Assembly (NCBI GenBank): GCA_963555825.3
Contig: CAUVXB020000002.1
Span: forward strand, 3,264,001-3,328,000
DNA length: 64,000 nucleotides
DNA from: Alphaproteobacteria bacterium
Lineage (GTDB): Bacteria > Pseudomonadota > Alphaproteobacteria > JAAXGF01
Direction of reading: 5' to 3'
In this document: positions 61,219-64,000 of the stretch, in pieces
How positions within the stretch are numbered: position 1 is the stretch's first letter
Layout of the letters: every line of letters begins with the position of its first letter
Position numbers and translations under genes: made by a program
The notes under the pieces: model-generated
Seen by the model: the letters and a program-made list of their open reading frames with translations, nothing else
What the model was told of the DNA's origin: nothing
The model's database searches: none

Positions 61219-61545
61219 ACCGACCACCCAGCCCACGCTTGACCCCGTGGGCCCACAGGTCCCTCCCGCGCGCGCCGCCGCGTCAGCCTGTTGAGGGCAC
61301 GCCGCGTCGCGCGCGGGGCCCCTCCCGTGGACTACGGGGACAAGCCCGCAGCCGCCAAGCGGTCCCTTCTTACACCGCCGAGGTGGTCCCTTTTTGCTCC
61401 GCCATTGACATTCATACAGCGGAAGGTTGGTTTACGCTGTACGATGAAGCCTATGACGCTATGTTCCAGTGTCTACAGGACACATCGGAGAATTGACCGC
61501 AGATGCAGCGTCGCATCTGGCGGCGCGCACTCACCTACATAAATC

Positions 61546-61801
61546 CCCTGATTTGGGCTTCGGCACACCCGAATCAGGGTCAATCGGTTTGCTCGAATTG
61601 GCCCAATACCGGGGACCCTTCGGGCTCGGCATAGAGCGCGATATTCACTTTACCGCCAATTATTCCTTGTCAATTTACGCCGAGGCCGCGCGCGCCGCCG
61701 GGCATATCGTCGAATCGGGACCTGAACTCGATGCCGCTGCCCGCATCCTCGCCGTCACGCCGGCGATGAATCTCACCTGCCATGACGGTCGCGAAACATG
61801 A
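61546..61801 (+). pseudogene. C-terminal fragment of DUF2958-like plasmid/ICE protein
   Basis: DLGFGTPE.GS..L.EL...RGPFGLGIERDIHF. Confidence 0.6.
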
Positions 61802-61965
61802 TCCCGCCGTCGCGCGCGATGGCTTCGATGTTGCCGGTCGACCCGATCGTGAACGACATCCAGCACGAAACGCCCCGCCCGTGTTCCCCGCGGCTTCGCA
61901 CACACGCTTCGGCGTCCCTCTGAGTCGGACCCGATTTCCTTGGACACAGAATTGGCTTAATCGAA

Positions 61966-62397
61966 GTGTCCAAGGAGGACCGGAACATGACCGACAATTT
62001 TGAGAACAAAGTTGCTGTTGATGGGCCTGTGGTAAACGAGGGCGAGCTTGGCTCGTCCACGTTTTCCCCGGGCCAGGTTTCGCCGGCAGGCCCGCTGGGA
62101 CTTGGCCAGCGGTGGACGGTGACGCGCAAGCGTGAGGTTGCCCTGCGGCTTTTGCGTGGCGAGCCGGTGGAACTTTTGTCGCGGCAGTTGGGCGTGGAGA
62201 TTTTCCGGCTCGAGCAGTGGCGTGAGAAGGCGATCGCCGGGATCGATGCCTCGCTCAAGGAACGCAAGGGCGATCCGGTGAAGGCGGAACTGGACATCGC
62301 CATGAAGCGGATCGGGGAGTTGATCATGCAGGTGGAACTGCTGGAGGCCAAGACGGAGACGTCCGGCCCTTTGGGGCGGCGGAGGTCGCGGCGATGA
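61966..62397 (+). CDS. IS3-like OrfA
   Basis: Same protein as 39498-39929. Confidence 0.85.
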   Translation: MSKEDRNMTDNFENKVAVDGPVVNEGELGSSTFSPGQVSPAGPLGLGQRWTVTRKREVALRLLRGEPVELLSRQLGVEIFRLEQWREKAIAGIDASLKERKGDPVKAELDIAMKRIGELIMQVELLEAKTETSGPLGRRRSRR

Positions 62398-63305
62398 GTG
62401 CCGCCACCTCTCCCGGCACGGGTTTGGCCTACGGCCTCCAGCGGGTCTGTGCGGCCTGGGGTTTTGCCCGTTCCTCGTTCTACGCCATGAAATCCCGGCA
62501 GCAGGCCACCGCTGAGCGCCCACCAGCAAAGCGCCGGGGACCGAAGCCCTCGATCTCGGACGAGGCTCTGCTGGTGGCCATCGAGGCCGACCTGGAGGCA
62601 TCCCCCTGGGAGGGCGAGGGACACCGCAAGGTCTGGGCTCGGCTTCGGGTCTGTCGTGGCATCCGTGTTTCCCGCAAGCGGGTGCTCCGGGTGATGCGCG
62701 AGAACAACCTGCTCTCGCCCCATCGCTGCCGCCGCCGTGGCGGAAATCCCCATGTCGGTGAGATCATCACCCATGCCCCCAACCTCATGTGGGGCACGGA
62801 CGGCGTTCGGGTGTTCACGGTGGACGACGGCTGGGGCTGGATATTCACCGCCATCGAGCATTGGAACGCCGAGTGCGTCGGCTGGCATGTGTGCAAGCGA
62901 GGCGACCGCTTCGCCGCCCTTCAGCCGATCTCCATGGGGCTTGCGAGGCTGTATGCCTCGACCTCCGCCGGTGCGGCGCGGGGGCTGGCCTTGCGGATGG
63001 ATCACGGCTCCCAGTATCTGTCGGACCACTTCACCAACCAGATCAAGTTCTGGGGCATCCAGCCGTCCTACGCCTTCGTCGAACAGCCCCAGACCAACGG
63101 CGTCGCCGAGAGGTTCAATCGCACGCTCAAGGAACAGATCATCCATGGCCGCATCTACCGCAACATCGCGGAGCTGCGGAACGCCGTCCGCGGGTTCGTC
63201 GAACAGTACAATGCCCAGTGGATCGTGGAGAAGAACGGCTACCTGAGCCCCGCTCAAGCTCGTCAGGCGTGGCACACCGCGATGTCACTCAGGCCCGCCG
63301 CATGA
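62394..63305 (+). CDS. IS3-like OrfB transposase
   Basis: Same protein as 38590-39501. Confidence 0.9.
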   Translation: MSAATSPGTGLAYGLQRVCAAWGFARSSFYAMKSRQQATAERPPAKRRGPKPSISDEALLVAIEADLEASPWEGEGHRKVWARLRVCRGIRVSRKRVLRVMRENNLLSPHRCRRRGGNPHVGEIITHAPNLMWGTDGVRVFTVDDGWGWIFTAIEHWNAECVGWHVCKRGDRFAALQPISMGLARLYASTSAGAARGLALRMDHGSQYLSDHFTNQIKFWGIQPSYAFVEQPQTNGVAERFNRTLKEQIIHGRIYRNIAELRNAVRGFVEQYNAQWIVEKNGYLSPAQARQAWHTAMSLRPAA

Positions 63306-64000
63306 GACAAACTTGTGTCCAAGGAACCGGGTGCGATACACTTCGGCGTCCCTCCTTCGTTTCCCGGCCTGTCACGAGTCTGCCGCCCGCTTTCTCTCCA
63401 CGCCGCTCCTGTCCCATCCAACCCATGCCTCCACGCCCGGGAGAGCCGGAGCCCGGCATCGGCGGAGCATAAGCGGGGCCGCTCGTCGAGCAAGGCAAGC
63501 TGACGATTCCGCGGGGCGGCTAAGGAAGGCACGAACCCGATAGAATGCATCGCAAAATCAGGGGAGCTGTGGCCCCGCAAATGGCGTCATTCGGGCGAGT
63601 CGCTCTCCCGACCTACACAGCCACCGCCGCCGATGCCGAATACACTACATGATGATTTGGATTCAACAGGCGGGATTTGGGTTTTGGCACATGGTCGAGC
63701 TTGATAGGCACAGTCCGAAGAGCCTGCCTCCTCTCGGCGGATGAACGCACCTCCCTCCTTCCGGCCTCGCTGGCCGTGGGTCACGGCCGACCTTCAGACA
63801 ATACGAAATGTTCTTCCTGGAAGGCTTGCGGGAATCCCAGCGGAATCCGGCCAACGCTTCGAGATCCCCCTCCGTGACGGAAGCGGGGACCGCCTTGTCG
63901 CCCGCTTCCACCCTGGACGGAAACCCGTGCCGGCCATGGTTCTCGTGCCCGGACTCACGGGCTGTGAGGCGAGCCGGTACGTGCTGCAATCGGCCGGCGC

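Larger units (their letters stand above)
57456..61410 (+). mobile_element. IS21 copy D with nested IS256
   Basis: Same type as copy B; istA split into 57574-58404 and 59789-60457. Confidence 0.93.
61921..63340 (+). mobile_element. Two-ORF IS3-like element with 14-bp TSD (copy 2)
   Basis: Same ends and ORFs as 38555-39974; TSD CTTCGGCGTCCCTC. Confidence 0.93.

Noticed and set aside
63355-64000. Genes at the right edge (e.g. 63663-63989)
   Set aside because: No recognisable motif or consistent frame; left unannotated

Overview
High-GC, probably alphaproteobacterial region (DinB with an N-terminal Zn-ribbon, alpha-type SOS box, bactofilins) in advanced IS-driven decay. By my boundary calls roughly half of the window is IS DNA: IS630 x2 plus a remnant, IS256 x3, IS21 x4, IS1380 x2, IS3 x3, two copies of an IS3-like element with 14-bp target duplications, ISKra4, IS66, IS6, an IS481/ISNCY-type element, an unclassified rve-type element and MITEs. 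Many are nested in one another. Between them lie cut-out host modules: a phosphonate monoester hydrolase, two bactofilins, a tripartite tricarboxylate transporter with sauS and a truncated SucC-like ligase, a PhyH dioxygenase and a 2-aminoethylphosphonate-type ABC transporter. There is also a tRNA-Met att remnant with a tyrosine integrase and HigBA, and broken defence-type genes (TIR, PD-(D/E)xK, ATPase-wHTH). The two best candidates for new biology are an IS66-type element whose transposase is translationally coupled to a small N6-adenine DNA methyltransferase, and an in-frame DinB::tyrosine-recombinase chimera behind a candidate LexA box. All calls come from motif recognition and manual reading; no database searches were run.
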